A stretch of DNA of 64,000 nt from assembly GCA_032718475.1 (NCBI GenBank), contig JAUCBJ010006632.1, positions 12,596 through 76,595 of the forward strand, given 5' to 3'. A program made the position numbers and the translations under genes. The DNA is from Nemertoderma westbladi. Its lineage: Eukaryota; Animalia; Xenacoelomorpha. Positions 61,068-64,000 of the stretch are shown piece by piece; position 1 is the first letter of the stretch; each line of letters begins with the position of its first letter. Under the pieces are notes generated by a model, which saw only the letters and a program-made list of their open reading frames with translations, was not told where the DNA came from and did no database searches.

Positions 61068-62050
61068 ATTTATTTGATATTATTAGGTAATAAATAATTT
61101 TAATTTACAATTAATTTGTTAAATTATATCAGCTGATTTTGAAAAGTGCAAATTTTGCTCTCGGACTTCCTCCGACGTTCTCAAAATGTTTCTATAAAAT
61201 ATATTAGGTAATATTAGGCAGACAGCTGATACGGATGTTGAAATATTTAAGGCAACACTTATGAGTTAAGGTGCACCTTAGCTAAGGTTGATTTATATGC
61301 AACCGGCCCCTCCTGGTCTAACAGCAAGTTAAGTAAATAAAGTTAAGTTATTGCAACTATAATTTATTAATATATTGTAAATATTAACCAAACATAAACC
61401 AATAACCCATAACCATCACACATATAAACTGGTAACATATAGCAGAATAGCCAAGATTCAGTCTCTTCTAAAACTTATTGGGAATTCTAACTGCAAAATA
61501 AATAATAAAAACGTTAAAGTAAATAATTTTATAGTAAAAAACGATATTTATTCCGGAACTACAGTATTATTAATTGCTTACCGGTCTACCGAGATCCTGT
61601 TAAATAGAATACGACAATAAGATAACATTATTTTAGGTGCTGTATACAATATTTGTAAACCTATCTCTCACGCATTCTCAGATTTAATCCCCTGCGTACA
61701 GAGTAGGGCCCCCTAAGTAGTTGTTGTAGCAGATTGTTCGGTGTTTATACTGTACTATGTGTGTATGTAATATAATTTGTATCTAATATTTCGTGCTGTG
61801 CTATTTCGATTTTACTATGGGCCCCAGCGGCGTGGAATAATAATAAATAACATTAATAATTATTATTAACTTTTCACCCAAATATATCATATCATATATT
61901 TTATTTATATTTATATAAATATTTTATTTATATTTATTATTATTTTTTATAACTCTATTAATATAATTAATATAATTAAATGTACAAGTTAGTTTCCAAC
62001 GCAACTCTACTGGAATTATTTAGTAATTTTATATAAAACTTACAGTTTTA

Positions 62051-62776
62051 CTAAATCAAAATCTTCATTTCAACTCGAGAAGCCGGATTCCTTCTAGTAA
62101 AATAATACCAACAAGGTCCTCTCCCCCAAGGCCCCGCATCTTTATTATAACTCCCCGCACCATATTCTCCGTTCAAGTTACTTCTAGCGCAGTACTTGTA
62201 CCACCACGCCCCAGTATCTAAGACGGCGCAGTTGACGTAGTCCCACCTGTCATTATCGCGGTCCTTGGTAGAGAATGGGAGACCGTTGTGATACTCCAAT
62301 GCGTCACCAGCAGTACCATGGTAACCGGATACATTTAGGGTGTAATTAGTTGCAGCTGATCCGATAGAGAAGTTGTTGTATTCCGCGTATCGGTGTTCGT
62401 TGGTGTAATTCACCCACCTCCGGCTATCATCACCATCACCACCTTTTAGTCCCACTCCAGTGAACCACAAATCGACCCTCAACTTCACCCCACCTTCACT
62501 CAGCTTGTGGATCGCCTCCAACCCCAACCAAAAATTGGTATTCGGGTCGCCAAATCCTTCAACATATTCATCCCAGTCTCGATAGAAGTCAACAGATCCA
62601 TCAACTCTTTGTTGAATCTTCACCCCATCTTTATGCTTTATTAGCCGAGGAGCCATTTGCTGATACAGTGTAATGGATGAATTCACTATATCCGTATCAT
62701 GTAACCTGTAAACGAACTCTTCCAACTCCGTATTCTGTTGTTCCAACTCTGTATTCTGTTGTTCCAACTCTTTAAC
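62051..62776 (-). CDS. Terminal exon of a host fibrinogen-related (FReD/FBG domain) protein, ficolin/angiopoietin-like
   Basis: IQQRVDGSVDFYRDWDEYVEGFG..FWLGLE.IH, FSTKDRDND, GAWWY..C..SNLNG, EMKI; in-frame acceptor ttcctaacAG at 62777-62778; short coiled coil ELEQQNT x2. Confidence 0.9.
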   Translation of the reverse strand, partial: VKELEQQNTELEQQNTELEEFVYRLHDTDIVNSSITLYQQMAPRLIKHKDGVKIQQRVDGSVDFYRDWDEYVEGFGDPNTNFWLGLEAIHKLSEGGVKLRVDLWFTGVGLKGGDGDDSRRWVNYTNEHRYAEYNNFSIGSAATNYTLNVSGYHGTAGDALEYHNGLPFSTKDRDNDRWDYVNCAVLDTGAWWYKYCARSNLNGEYGAGSYNKDAGPWGRGPCWYYFTRRNPASRVEMKILI

Positions 62777-62968
62777 CTGTTAGGAAATATTATTAATTGA
62801 AATTGTTTATTAAATTCTGTAAATCCTCTGCACACATCTGATCAGTGGTTGGGTTGGAGTTCTCTAGGGAAATCATTAAACGCCGGCATTTCGACCCAAC
62901 ATTTAGAGCAATTAAATACCAACTATATTACGTCGTTGCTCATAAAATAGCACATTATAGCGTTACGA

Positions 62969-63050
62969 CAGTGCCGGATTAACCTTAAGGCATATAAGGC
63001 ACCTTTATGCAATATAAGACTCTTATAAGGCACATTAGGGCCAGCCGAAA
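62969..63050 (+). mobile_element. Possible terminus of a non-autonomous DNA transposon in the FReD intron
   Basis: CAGTGCCGGATTAACC..AAGGCA..AAGGCAC..AGGGCC resembles common hAT-like MITE ends; partner end not seen. Confidence 0.3.
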
Positions 63051-64000
63051 ATACGGGCCATTTTTTCTCAGCGAGTCATTCTTGTGAAAAAAATACTTTT
63101 ATCTGAAAAGTCCACATTTTTTCTCACTAAAATTTATAGAAAACAGAGCAAGTGCATCTGCACGAAAGTGCATCTTTCGAGCATTTCTGATAGAAAATGC
63201 AAAATTCTAGCTCAGTCGACCGATAGGTGCTGTGTTTTTAGTTAGAGACCTGATGGCAGGGAAATAATAAAACATGGGCAGTAAAACTTTAAAGTGCTAA
63301 TTATGAACAGTGGAGAATTTAATTTTATTTATTTGTGGGGAATTATTTGTAGTTATGCTCTTAAACTTTCTGGTACAACCAAATAATGACGTGGTGACAT
63401 ACTGGAAATACTGTTCATAGTAAATGTATGGCGTGGGGATATGGTAGTGCGAAATTAATTTTTTTTTTATAAATATAGGCCCTTATAGATAAAAAAAAAA
63501 GATAAATTAATTGTAGATAGAATAGTTGGTGATAAAAAAAAACGTGTCAGAATTAACTTCTTGACACAAATTTAATTTAAAGATGTTCGAAATTAAGATG
63601 TTCTGCCCTCGTGTATTGAATTTTGCATTCGACGGCCTTTTAGGTGCAATTCCTGCAAAACCTAAAAGCATAATTGGGCAGCATAATTGAATTTGGTAAA
63701 TTAAAATTAGTGACAAAAAGTGCTTATTTCCGAGACTGTTTTCTATCGGAGAACATTACTTTCTCAGCAAGTCCAAATGTAGATCAGAAATATTATATCT
63801 TTGCACTAAGCCCACACTTTTGGTGTGTTATATTTCTCAGCAAGTCCTGTATAGATAAGTAAGCTTACCGTGCAAAACCTACCCTAGAGAATATAAATAA
63901 CACATTCCCACGATCCGATCAAAATTGCTAAATGCCTACAGGAGTCAGTCAGCCTTAAGGGGGCCAACTCTAACCACCACAGAAATGAAATTTTTTAAAT

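Noticed and set aside
61262-61310. Harbinger-like terminal sequence (GGGGCCGGTTGCAT on minus strand)
   Set aside because: No partner TIR or transposase found in the window

Overview
Eukaryotic, AT-rich (probably invertebrate) genomic window almost entirely filled by nested LTR retrotransposons. There are four BEL/Pao (Belpaoviridae) elements. A (+, 1-806 and 17422-~25740) is truncated. B (-, 807-17416, 1194-bp LTRs, TSD AACAT) is inserted in A's RT and is itself split by a ~0.84-kb TIR MITE. C (+, 26957-47193, ~2.18-kb LTRs, TSD ATACG) is inserted in a truncated Ty3/Gypsy element E. D (+, 48129-61067, ~0.55-kb LTRs, TSD ATTTA) lies beside them. A host fibrinogen-domain (FReD) exon follows. 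Two linked oddities stand out. (1) None of the three complete BEL/Pao elements has a tRNA-type (TGG...) primer-binding site; the 9-11 nt abutting each 5' LTR are instead the exact reverse complement of a segment inside that element's own LTR, with a different sequence in each family, which suggests tRNA-independent self-priming. (2) A, C and D carry, in the env position, a large accessory ORF with a WRN/RNase D-like DEDDy 3'-5' exonuclease (ExoIII Y-x3-E variant) and three CCHC knuckles; A and C also share an unrecognised N-terminal domain, and B keeps only the N-terminal part. All copies show disabling lesions. All analysis is by eye, with no database searches.
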